DNA of 64,000 nt from NCBI GenBank assembly GCA_012295275.1, contig CM022678.1, positions 12,028,001-12,092,000 on the forward strand. The letters are read 5' to 3'. Below the pieces are notes generated by a model, which saw only the letters and a list, made by a program, of their open reading frames with translations, was not told where the DNA came from and did not search any database. This DNA is from Chrysomallon squamiferum. Lineage: Eukaryota; Animalia; Mollusca. Both the position numbers and the translations under genes were made by a program. Positions 13,506 through 26,352 of the stretch are shown in pieces (within the stretch, counting starts at the first letter, position 1; the number at the start of each line of letters is the position of its first letter).

Positions 13506-14032
13506 AACACACATCTAAACTATTCTGTTCTTTTGCAAAGTAATTTATTTCAATGAATGTTGTACATACTACAATGTAATCAAACAAAAGTGCAATAAAA
13601 TATTTATATTTTAAAACTCTTTTACATTGTTTCGTGATCTCTTTTTTTCTATATAGCTACCTATGTATTCACCTAACTGTATGTATGTCTGTATGTCTGT
13701 CTGTATAATATAATTAATGTTTATAATATCAATGTAGAACAAAGCAGTTCACTGATGAGATTTATTTTAAGTTTATTATTAACAGTTGATACAAATTATT
13801 GTTTTGGAGATCCCTAGCATTTTCAACATGTGAAAAATCTCTGTGACACTTTCCTCGTGGGTCGGGAGAAATGTTTCAACACGTGCAAAAGGTGCACGCC
13901 GTCGGCCCACGTGTGGGAAAAAAGTTTCCAACTTTTACATTTTTATTCTGCTTGACATATTTTATAAATTTCTCTCTTAGACATGAAGTTAAGTTCAATT
14001 TTTTCTTTCTTTCTTTTTTAATCCAAAGAAAG

Positions 14033-14485
14033 GACAGGAGCTAGTACTAAAAATTAATCTAGACATCTGTTTTTTTATTAAACTGTGCTAAATAAATTAA
14101 CTACTTTATTTAACAGGAGCTAGTATTAAAAATTAATCTGTTTTTTATTAAACTGTGCTAAATAAATTAATTACTTTATTTAACAGGAGCTAGTATTAAA
14201 AATTAATCTAGACATCTGTTTTTTTTATTAAACTGTGCTAAATAAATTAATTACTTTATTTGACAGGAGCTAGTACTAAAAATTAATCTAGACATCTGTT
14301 TTTTTATTAAACTGTGCTAAATAAATTAATTACTTTATTTGACAGGAGCTAGTACTAAAAATTAATCTAGACATCTGTTTTTTTATTAAACTGTACTAAA
14401 TAAATTAACTACTTTATTTAACAGGAGCTGGTATTAAAAATCAATCTAGATATCTGTTTTTTATTAAAGTGTGCTAAATAAATTG
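14033..14485. repeat. About 79-bp minisatellite, about 6 copies
   Basis: acaggagct at 14034, 14112, 14183, 14263, 14342 and 14421; one unit has a short deletion. Confidence 0.95.
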
Positions 14486-15869
14486 ATTTGAAGCTTTATC
14501 TGCTGAGTTTATGTTGTATTTTGTGCATACATAAATATACATATATCACATATACACAAGTAAAAGACACAAAACAAACACCAATAACATTACAATACTC
14601 ACACAACAGAAAATACAGCCACACTCACACACATTCACTTAGACAAAACCCACACAGATATACCAACATACATACTGACACATACACATATATACACCAA
14701 AACACACATATATGCAGAGACACTAACATACATCCTCACACATAAGCGCATAACATACATTTAATAGATAATAACTGATATTATCAAAAACACTTCTTAT
14801 AATAACTGGCCAATGAAAACAAAAATCTAATAAAAATATCATTTCCTTTATAAACTTTGGTCTGTGTATTTTATCAGCTCATAAATATCAGTATGTGAAT
14901 TAACAGCATGTCCTGTTATTCTGTGTATCAGAAAATGTTGAATAGAGCATTAAAAAAGTCATACAAACAGGATGGTAGAAATTATTATTTTTTCTATCAG
15001 AACACTGGATAGAGGCGACAATCATCAGTTGAGTTGTGTGGTTGAAATGATCATTCTTTGTGTCAGAACACTTTCTATAGAGCAGTTTTAAAATCATTTT
15101 CTATGAAGTGGAATTGACATTATCTATATCAGAAAAAACAGAATGGCATAGAAAACTTAACCTCTGTAATCAGGGAAAAAACTGGTTAGATTATTAAAAA
15201 TACTGCTTTATTATCAGACAAGCGGGACAAAGAAAATATGTCAGAAAACACTGAATCTATTATTAATATTATTAATTTATCCTCATACAAACTGGAAATG
15301 AGAAAATGCTATTCTCTCAGAATGTACCTGATAGAACTGTAATTGAAAACAATTTTCTTTCATCAGATAAGCTACACAATCACTGTCACCACATTCTATC
15401 ATCGGTGTACACAGGGTGAGCTAATCTGTAAGTGTGACGTTTCCATGACTCCTCTGTGTTCTGCAGAATTAGCTCAGGATGAACTGAATCTTCAGCTTGT
15501 CTCACTTTCATCCTCTTCTCCACTTCTTGTCTGAGAAAAACATTTCAATATTTAATATTAATGTAATTAGGTATTGGTTTGCATAGTTTGTATTGTTATA
15601 TTTACCTTTGTTTCTCACCCAGTAGCTGATATACTTTACATGCTGGGGTGGCCTTAAACATTCATTCATTCATTCATTCGTATAGTTTGTAGAAACAATG
15701 GCTATCAAAAATCTCAGTTATTTAAAGATAAGCTTTCATTCCTGTCCATTTTACAAAAATAATGGACATAATTTTATAAGCACATGATACCAACAGACAT
15801 AATTAGAAATGAAAGGATTTTTTTGTTTTCATTTTTATTTGTATTTTTATCAGTTACCATTAATTTTTA

Positions 15870-15918
<49 letters not shown>

Positions 15919-16649
15919 GTTGTTGTTGTTGTTGTTGTTGTTGTTATATGTTAGCATCAAGGCAAAACCAACTACTTTGTTTAAACTAGGTATCATAATT
16001 GTGCATATTGACTTTATGAACAGGGAAATACAATGAAAGAAAGAAAGAAAGCGAAAGAGAGAATCAGACAGGCCAGGAGAAAATTAGAGATAGCGAAAGA
16101 GAAATAAAAAGACCAGGACATCATCACTATACCTGACTTTTACCTGCAGTTCTGTACTTTTAACATCATCAACTTTGATGTTAATTCTTGAAACTATGAC
16201 TGGTTGTTCAGATATCTTACCTAGATAACAATAAACACATTTTTTAGTTATTCATAATAATTTTTGTTAGTGCTAAAGAACAATGTTACAGATGGGAGAA
16301 ATATTTACAATTTTTTTTTGTCAAAACAGATATTTACAGATTATATGTTTAGACATACATATACATAAATACACATAGGTAGATATATAGATAAACATAT
16401 ATTAAGTTAACAGACTAGGCAGACACACTCTCTCTCACACACACACACACACACACATGAACACACACACAGAAAGAGTGAGAGAAGCTGACAGATTGGG
16501 AGCAGTAGGTAAACCAAATGACATTTATATATAATTAATCAAACACTAATGATTTAAATGTTGTAGTAATCTACAGCCTTGTCTACAGATATACAATCAG
16601 ACATCAGTATCCATGCTATTCCACTGTTTGAACGAGTAACTGGATCCTA

Positions 16650-16832
16650 TTACAGTAGCAGTAGTAATAGCAGTAGTGGCAGTAGTAGTAGTAGTAGTAG
16701 AGGTAGTAGTAGTAGTAATAGTAGTAGAGGTAGTAGTAGCAGTAGTAGTAGTTTTAGTAACAGTAGTACTTCAGGAGAGGAGGAGCAGTAATTGTAGCAG
16801 CAATAGAAACAACAGTAGTATTTGTAATAGTT

Positions 16833-16875
<43 letters not shown>

Positions 16876-17160
16876 GAGGAGAGGAGGAGGAGTAGGAGTA
16901 GCAGTTGTAACAGCAATAGAAACAACAGTAGTATTTGTAATAGTAGTAGTAGTAGTAGTATTTTTAGTAACAGTAGTAGTAGCAGGAGAGGAGGAGTAGG
17001 AGTAGGAGCAATAGAAACAACAGTAGTATTTGTAATAGTTGTAGTAGTAGTAGTAGTTTTAGTAACAGTAGTAGTAGAAGGAGAGGAGGAGGAGTAGGAG
17101 TAGGAGCAACAGAAACAACAGTAGTATTTGTAATAGTTGTAGTAGTAATAATAACAAAAA
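16650..17160. repeat. Compound (AGT)n/(AGG)n microsatellite with a higher-order unit
   Basis: AGT runs interleaved with recurring ttttagtaacagtagta..ggagaggaggag and gcaatagaaacaacagtagtatttgtaatag blocks (about 4 times). Confidence 0.9.
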
Positions 17161-18388
17161 TACATTATAATAAGACTAATAACAATAGTAATATTAATAA
17201 TAATTGTAATAAGACAAATACATAAAATAATAATACAAAAATGTTATAATAATAATCATAATAAGAAATTACATTATATTAACAATAAAAAGGTAAAAGT
17301 ACCATAATAATACAAAATAAGATTACTAACAATAAAATTCACAATTAAATAACAGGTCTCTAAATGAAGAAGAAAACAATATATATAAATAATAGGTTGC
17401 CATTTTAATATATTAACAATCAAGAATTATAAAGAGAATGGCTGGACAGTGCATCATATTACCCAGGATTCCTACAGCAAGACAAATAAATAAATAAATG
17501 AGATGACAAATTTCAATAAATGTGAACCATATAAATGTTCAAAATAAATAATAACTATAACTGTTTGCCAGGATGTCCTCCAAGTGCTGTCAGTTTAATC
17601 AGGAAGCTGTCTGCAACTGAAGGGAGACAACTACAAGATGATTCAACTTTCTCCCCTGACTTCTTGACAGAGAGACCTTAAAATTCATTAAATTTATATA
17701 AATAGTTTAAAAAGAAAACAACACAACAATAGTATTAACAATAATAAACCTTTTTATTTAGTATTACTTCTTTTTTTCTTATTTTTATCATTAGATTAGC
17801 TTAGGTTAGAGTTGCAGTTAGGATTAGGATTAAGACTAGTGTTAGGGTTAGGACGAGGGTAAGGATTAGGTTTAGGCTATTTAGTTATTTATTTATTCTT
17901 GATTTATTTTATTGTTCTCTTTTTTTTCAAAATGAATTTATTTATTATCAATGGCAGCAAACAAATTTGTGACAAGTTCTTCGATTTCATTTTCTTCTAA
18001 GTTTTTCTTCTGGTTGTTAAGATACAATGTTGTTAGTGGTGATGACTTCCCAACAACTGATAACACTGACAACAGTCCCTCCTTCCCTGATAGGGAAAAA
18101 AATATTAATAAAAATTTGTTTAAACTACTTGTTTAAAGGAAGCAGAAACTACTACTATGACTGTTGCAACTACAGCTACTGTTCCTACTGCACCTCTGTT
18201 AAAACTACATAGTTGCTATTATTATTATTATTACTATTACTAAACTAGTTATTATGACTACTTCTACTACTACAACTACAGCTATATTAACTCCTTTACT
18301 ACTTTAGCTTTTATTATCACTATCCTACTATGTTAGATATTATTATTATTATCATTATTATTATTATTACTATTATTATTATTATTAC

Positions 18389-18419
<31 letters not shown>

Positions 18420-19639
18420 CTGAACTCAAAATGCACAATCTAAAGATAGATCAACACCATTAACATGTCTGAGGTTTATTTCTCGTTGTTTACATGTAAA
18501 GTACTTGGGAAATTCCTCCAAGACACGTGGGACATTAATATATGGTAAACACTGTCACTGGTGCTTGCTTAAGGAACCCAGGACAGTAACAGTCTGCCAG
18601 TACTGGTCAGTACAGGGTGTGACTGTGGTGAAAGAGAGTTCAAGAGAGAAGAGAGAATATCAGGCAAGGGAGAAAGATTTTTGAGACAATCCTCTGCATT
18701 ATAATTACTATGTTTGGTGAATAAGACTGATATCATGGCGTTGCTGTTGTGTTCTATTGCTTCACTTTGTGTTTAATGTAAATTGTTATTATTGGCCACA
18801 AACAATGAAAGGTAGGTGACTGTGAAATGTTTGAATGTGAACAAATGACAAGTGAGAGTTTTATATTACTTAAAGCTTTAGTATTAATTAACTGAACTAT
18901 ATTGGCATTCCCTCAGTCAAACTGTTTTAATATTTCATAAGATTATACTGTTACTGTATGTCATGAAGTATAAATAGGCAGAGGAAATAAAGATGTAATT
19001 GAAATGGAACTTGTGTAGTTTTTCTGTGAGGTAGTATTAATTAACTGAACAATACTGATATTCACTCAGTCAAACTGTTTTAACTATAATATGTAAACTA
19101 AAACTGATATGAGTAACTGGGGATTAATGGGGAAATTATAAAAGTTATGATCTGAGGAATCTCCCTACAAACTATAATCAGATAAAGAGGCGTGGCCTGC
19201 AACTGTTTGGGGTCAGTAAAGTTGACTTTCACATGACCAGTTGTTTACACATGTGGACCCAGTAATGTCCAGTGATGGTCAGTAGCCTTGGCTCAGATAA
19301 CATGTGAGGTAAACAGCCCTGAGTGGCAGCAATTAAGGGCATCTAAATTTAGGAAGTAAATTTAAAACAAAGATTCTTGGAGAGGTCAGTTATAATCTGA
19401 TAGTTAAAATTTGAAATACTGAATTAAAACAAAGTTAGTAGAATAAATGATTTTGTTATTTCATTTAGTGTGTAATAATGAATTCAAAGTAAAGTAAATT
19501 TGTAATCCAAAAGCACCACATATTAAAATACTAATTTAAACAAAGTTTAAATTGACAGAAAATATAATACTGACTGCTGGCATGAGCATGGTATAATTCG
19601 CTTTTTGTAACATATCACTGAATTCCCAGCTGACTTTAA

Positions 19640-21830
19640 TTTATAAAGCTTTGCAGGATGGTGAAAACTAAAAAGCTAAAAGATCAGAGCTGCAGGCTGC
19701 TTTACAGGAAGAAACAGCTGTGATAGTACGACTTAATGAGGATTTGCTGAGTCCTAAACAAGGTGAAATCAGAAATGGTTTGGGAAGTTCTGCATAAGAT
19801 TTTTGAAGACAGATCATCAGTGCATGAACTGCAGCTATGGTGCCCAACAAGAATTATACCAATTTGCTGAAAATGTGAGAGACTGAAGAAACAACTAAAA
19901 CAATTAGTCCAAGTTGATTGTTTGTTAGACACTGGGAACTATGATAACTGAGGATTTCTTCAACAACAACTTTGCTCCACTTGGTATTCAGCTCCTTGCA
20001 AGTCAAGGATGGCTCTCACTTAAGGCTGCCAATGGATTGGATATTCTCTACTGTGGATATAGTGAACTGGACACTGAAGCACTAGGTAAATTAGTTCCTG
20101 ACAGAGGAATCTTGATAGTGAACAGGCCTAAAGACCAAGCCACACAGCTATGGAGGGAGCAAGTACCATGTACACAGGGGATGTTATCGATGTCTGACAG
20201 TAGTGCTGGCCCAAGAGCACAAGCGTCAAAGGAAAGTAACTGATATGCAAGCTAGTCCTTAAGACCAAGTCAAAGGAACATGAATAATTATAGTTCCATG
20301 ATGTCAGAGCTTGTTGCTCTGAAATGGGCTGTGACTGAAAAGTTTAAAAATTATCTCCTCGAACACACATTTACTATCTATACATACAACAATCCACTAA
20401 GACTTCTTGGTACTGCAAAATTAAGTGCAGTGGAACAGAGATGGGTATCTCAGCTGGCAGAATTTGATTTTTGATGTGAAATGTCATTCAGTGCAGCACA
20501 ATAAGAATAACGATGGTCTGTCCAGGAACAAATTTCATGGAATGATGTCTACATCAGCGGAAGCTTCTTTGAGAGATACTGCTAGTGGTATAGAAGTACC
20601 ACTATCAATGGGACAAGCTATAAAAGTGGAAGAAAAGTCACACAAGCAACAGTCACAGCAGAACAGTTTAATGAAACTATGGAAGCCATAACCTCATTTT
20701 CCAGCTACTCTTTAGAAGAACTAGCAGCAATGCAGGCAAAAGACAAGTTAATAAAGAGACTGCTGAGACATGTCTAGAGGTAGCAAAACCATGCAGAGCG
20801 GAGAGGAAATTAGAAGAATCTGGGCTGTTAACACTAATCTGACAATGACACAGATTATTTCTTGAAAACTGTGAACTTTACAGAAACGTAAAGGACCCCA
20901 ACTTGAGAAGAATGAAGAAAATTGTCAGTAATGATGAAGGAGAAAGTTCTGCATAGTTTACATAATCAGGCAGGACACCAAGATTTTGAAAGAAGCATGA
21001 GTCTTATTAGAAGATGTAATTGGCCTGCAATGCACAAAGATGTGGAACAATGGTGTAAAGAGTGTGAAAGGTGTGTGATGGCTAAACTGTCACAACCCAA
21101 ACTGAAACTACCTTTGTGACACCTTATTGCTACCAGACCTGTTGAGATTGTAGCCATGGATTTGACAGTGTTGCAGCCATCTTGAAGTGGCAAAAAAAGT
21201 GTCTTAGTCATGACTGATGTTTTTACCAAGTTCACTGTGAAACAAGGAGGCAGAAACCAGAATGGTTTTCAGCAAGTAGAAACTTTGACACATGGAGTGC
21301 CAGAATGGTTACAAGTAGAAACTTTGAATTGGAGGTAATAAGTAGTTTATGTACTCTTTATGGAGTGAAAAAGAGCAGAACCACTCCATATCACCCTGAA
21401 GTAAATGGTCTGAGTGAGAGATTCAACAGGACACTGCATGATCTGCTCCGCACAATTTCCAGTGAATGTAAGAAGAAATGGCCTGAGTACATACCTCATC
21501 TTATTTATTACTACAATGCTGCAACTCATTCTACAACTGGCTTTTCACCATTTTATCCAATGTTTGGAAACATCCAGGGCAGGAAAAATATTCAAGATCA
21601 CTGGAGAAGTCAACTGTACAGAGTCACTGAAATGGTGGATCAAGATGGAAGGTTACACAAAGTTTGTCCTCTGGAAGATGACAAAGACATCAGGGTGGTG
21701 AACAGGTCGGAGATGAAACAGAGCCATGTTACATACAACCACAAAGATGATTTGAACAACAGTCAGACAATGCAAGAAATGACAAATCTATTCGTTAGAT
21801 ATGTCATCATCATCAAGTTTTGTTAATGAT
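19640..21830 (+). mobile_element. Degenerate Gypsy/Ty3 LTR retrotransposon remnant (protease, RNase H, integrase; RT deleted), inside an intron of the LRR pseudogene
   Basis: Protease VDCLLDTGTMITED; RNase H NYSSMMSELVALKWAVTEKFKNYLL..NNPL..AKLSAVEQRWVSQLAEF; integrase HHCC LHNQAGHQ..WCKECERC and core SRTTPYHPEVNGLSERFNRTL..HSTTGFSPF. Many stops and frameshifts. LTRs not delimited; LTR-like sequence may lie at about 18420-19600. Confidence 0.9.
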
Positions 21831-22658
21831 GCAGCACCACCTTCCCATGCACAAAACCTACCAGGGATTACGTTAAGACGGTCTCAGCATGCAACAAAAG
21901 GTAAAAATCAAAACAAATAAAACCTGCCAGCAATCAGTAATGAGCAGGTCACAGATGAGAAAGTTTGTCCATCTAATTTATCAAATGAAGATGTTTTCAT
22001 CAGACTTAGTGCTACATTAATGCAACAGGCAGTTAAAGAGGTAAGTAGTGCTGTGAGTCACAGAGATACCTAATAGCATGGGATTCCAAACAAGATAAGC
22101 ATACTAGATTAAGACAGTATCAAGTCTAGCTGGTCTGTCATTTGTCTTCAAACAGCTGATTTCTATGTCTGACATGAAATGCTCTACTGTCACCACCACA
22201 TTACAAGTTGCTGCTGATGTTTTTGGTATTAATTACATCTCTGTCACAATAACAGAACTGAAAACGCTTTACTAATATAAAATACAAGATGCTATTCAGA
22301 AGTGTTATTTTCCCTCCTCGTGTGTGTGTAGTAATAAAAATAACTATAATAATCTCAAACAATATGCAAGCTTCTGTTTTATTATTTTGTATGAAAAACT
22401 AATTTAATTTTATAAAAATTTACATTTTTTTACTAAAAGATATAAAAATAATTTACTACCTACTGAGTTTCATCAATATTCAAGCTCTTTAACTCAGAGT
22501 TGTGTCCCTTGGTGGTATAAACAAAGACTAAGGGAGCCGTCAGTTTCAACCTTAAATTTAAATAAAACAGGTCTGAGTATTTTAGACAGAGTAACAGAGT
22601 CAGTTTAACCAAGAAACTTCATTTATAAACTGAATTTATATTTTAAGGAAGTTATTGG

Positions 22659-22694
<36 letters not shown>

Positions 22695-23360
22695 TAATTT
22701 ATTTACATTCATAATGCAGAAATAATCAAATTACATAATTATTTTAAAACATTTACAAAATTAAAATTAGTAACAGTTACTTGTAATGAATCAAATGGCT
22801 ACTACTGACCACAAATGGCTTTCACTGCATCTGTACCAGCCATTCTCAGCCTATCTAAGCTAGCTGAGTCAGTGACATCAACAAAGGCAATTGTCCAAAA
22901 GTACTTGAGTTGAGCTTTGCTTTTCTTAAATTGACATATTAAATTTCTCTGTGGCCAGTTTCTTTGGTAGTCAATCAGCTTACATCAGCCTTTCAACTGA
23001 ACTTTGATTTGATTTATCTTGATTAAAATAAAAATGAAAAAAAAATAAAAGATTTCTCTTTTATGTACATGTTCTGATACATATTTGCCTGTAGACACCG
23101 ATTAGCACAAACATACTCAAACATAAAAAAAAAACACATAGAGAAGAACATAGCAAATAAAGAAACACAGAAACAAACACACCCAAATACCAACAACAGA
23201 TGACAAATATACTGACAGACTTCAAACAAACATACACACACACAGACACACATACACACATACACACACACACAGAGATTGACAAAGAAAATACAGATTG
23301 AAGAGTATTAAGTAGAATGAGGGTGATAAAAATGGGTAAAGAAAGAAATCAGAAAATAAA

Positions 23361-23404
<44 letters not shown>

Positions 23405-24033
23405 TTATTTAAAATTTATAAAATTCAAAAAAAAAGTGTTTACTTTAATAAAAACAAATTACCTGAAGTAAGTTTAACTAAATCGTCAATGAGAGATACA
23501 CAAAGATCAGGATTCTCTCCAATGTCCACATCTTTCAAAGAAAGGAGTTTTCCATGGAAATGTTTTACCAGTAACTCCAACAGCTGCAGTTCAGACTTAA
23601 TTCCTGTACAGAACTTGTTTCCGATTTGGATTCTGGAATACCTGAAATAAATGAAAAACAGTATTAAGACACTTGGCAACTATATCTTAACTATCAGCAG
23701 AAAAAGAAAAAAGAAAAAGCTCAGAAAATATGATATGAGTTTCATATCAGTGGAGCCTACACTCTTAGCTCTGAAAATAAATAAATCAATAAATAAATAA
23801 GAGTAGTAATAGTGGTAATAGTTATAGTATTAGTAGTAACAGTACTAGTAATAGTGATAATCGTTGTAGTATTAATAGTACTAGTAATAATACTAGTGGT
23901 AATAGTTGTAGTAACAGTACTAGTACTAGTAATTGCAGCAGTAACAGTGATAGTGATAGTGGTAGAATTAGCTTAGGTTGAATAGTAGTAGTAAATACAA
24001 TAAGAGGAGGTAGTAAATAACTGCAGACACCAC

Positions 24034-24080
<47 letters not shown>

Positions 24081-24360
24081 TAGTAGTAGTAGAAAAAATA
24101 ATAGCATTAACATTTGTAGAAATAGCAGTAACAGACATAGTGGTAAATAGATATATAGTAGTTATTGCTAATAGATTTAGTGTGTTGAAAGTCACTGTTA
24201 GTAATTATTTTTTCAGTAGTAGGATAACAGTAGTAACAGTGGTAATAGCAGAAGTAGCAATATTAGTAGCTAACTGATAATACTGGACAATTAATAATAA
24301 CAATAACAATGACAATAATAATATTAATAATAACAATAACAATGACAATAATAATGACAA

Positions 24361-24391
<31 letters not shown>

Positions 24392-26352
24392 CAGACAAAG
24401 AAGAAGAAGAAGAAGAAGCAGACAAAGAAAAGAAGAAGAAGAGAAAACAAGAATTTGTTTTTCACAATTATACATATATAAATATAAAAATAATTTCTTG
24501 TTATTGGGTTTTATTATTATTATTATTATTAATACTACCACTACTATTATTATTATTATAAAACATTTTATAACAGTTATACTTAAGATTACTCACAGCA
24601 CTCTCAGTGTCTGTTTTGTTGGTGGTGAGGCTAAGGAAGGTCACTGTTGTGTTAGAACACATTGCCAAACACACAGCTCGGAAAGTCTGGATTCCAAAAT
24701 TGTTTCCTGATAAATTTAAAACCTGGTTATAAAATAAATAAACAAAAATAAAGGTGTTAATAATTAATGAAAATATAGATTACTAAATTATTCAGTAGTT
24801 GTAATATTAAATAAAATAATGAAAAGATTAATAATAATGAATGTAAATATCCAGTATTATGTAATTCAGTATGATTATATTTTAAATAAATCAAAAATAA
24901 TAAGAAAATAAATAAATAAATAAATAAATAAATGATTGACAGATACATACAAACATTAGATCACAGACAGAAGATAGAAAGATTCATAAATAAATAAAAA
25001 TAAATAAAATAAAAATAATCAACTGTCTACTAAAACTTGTTTGTCGATCATTTTTATAAATTAAAACTATAAATAAATTTAGAATTATTTAAAAAATTGA
25101 TTCTTAAGCTATTTATGTTTAAAATTATCAAAAGAGAACTTAAAGATAGATTATTTAAAACATTTTCTTTCTTTGTTATACTTCAAAAATATTACAATGT
25201 TAAAAACATAAAGAAAAGAAAGAAAGAAAAAACAAAGAAACTTGCTAATTAGGAACAAATAAGAAATGATGTAAAGACAGAGACTGACATACAGAAGGAC
25301 AAACAGAAAAGTATTTAGTAAGTAGAGACATAGGTATATAGACAGATTCTCAGAAAGACAAACATATTTATCTGAACATTTTAAAGGAAAGAAACACACA
25401 CAGACAAACAGAAAAGCAGAGAGAGATAGAAATAAAGTAAATAAATAGGGAGGCAGACAGAAGGAGAAACAGACAGACAGACTAAGACTATTTACAGACA
25501 TATATACCTGAATATTTTTTAAACATTCTAAAATCTGACTAAGTGGTAAAGCTTGTGGCAGTTTAAGTCTTGGTCTGGCTGCTTTCAACAAAAACTCCAG
25601 TTTCACAAGAAGATTAGTCATTCGAATCACATGATCAGCTTTTCATTTTTGATGATGTGAAACCCATGTCAGTGGAAATAACAAAATAGAAAAAATATAT
25701 ATATTAACAGAGGGCAGATCTTGAAATCAAGAGAAAACATGGGTGCAAATATAAATACAGCTGTCATAAAATATTTTTTCAAAATGATTGGTAACTTTAA
25801 AATACACTAATAGTAACAAACAAGTTATAAGAATAATACTGGTTCTAAAAAATTACTAATAGCAGTAATTTTCAGAAAACAAAATATATTGATAGTATAA
25901 TGACAATACAAGTTTACAACAACATTAATATTCCAGTTTGCTTGGCAAACGCTAAAAATATGATATCATCAATGGAAACAGGTTTTGAATTATGAAGACA
26001 GGACATCTACAAAAAGGTATACTGAAATATTAATTCTCTGAGATATTACTAGGTAACTTGTTTTATTAAAACACTGATTACTGTTGAGAATAACATAGGA
26101 ATATTATTATGTTCAGTTTTGTATCTGTTAAGTGCTGTAACTAAGTGTAAAAGCAAATGTGAGCAAAAAAAAAAAAAACAGTCTGCTCACAACTGAAGTG
26201 ATGTCAGGAAAAAATAAGTAAATAACAAATAATGCTAACATAAAAGAATAAGCGGAAAATAGGAAATGAAGAAGAAAAGTAACAAGAATACGAATAGTCA
26301 GTAGCTTCAAAAAAAAAAGTAATAATAATAATAAAAAAAAATATATATATAT

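Larger units (their letters stand above)
15386..25665 (-). pseudogene. Decayed multi-exon ribonuclease-inhibitor-like LRR protein gene
   Basis: Exons about 25508-25665 (..ILECLKNIQ), 24597-24722 (VLNLSGNNFGIQTFRAVCLAMCSNTTVTFLSLTTNK), 23463-23641 (LLSLKDVDIGENPDL), 22781-22996 (stops and frameshifts), 17949-18086 (LTTLYLNNQ; donor reads AT), 17569-17676 (donor reads GC), 16133-16220 and terminal exon 15386-15530 with TGA. Most junctions are phase-compatible; 24597/23641 is not. Confidence 0.65.

Noticed and set aside
14033-14485. CRISPR-like array
   Set aside because: Spacers are copies of one another, there are no cas genes and the context is eukaryotic; it is a minisatellite. The same applies to the 43-bp and 47-bp arrays.
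15386-15430. HPVYTDDRM resembling an alternative oxidase N-terminal motif
   Set aside because: A stop follows immediately and no di-iron motifs are present; probably chance.
16579-17165. Poly-Ser/Leu/Val ORFs (also 15809-16036 and 23968-24710)
   Set aside because: Translations of trinucleotide microsatellites.
17791-17880. Telomere-like TTAGG(G) tract
   Set aside because: Short and highly degenerate; such tracts are common in interspersed repeats and do not indicate a chromosome end.
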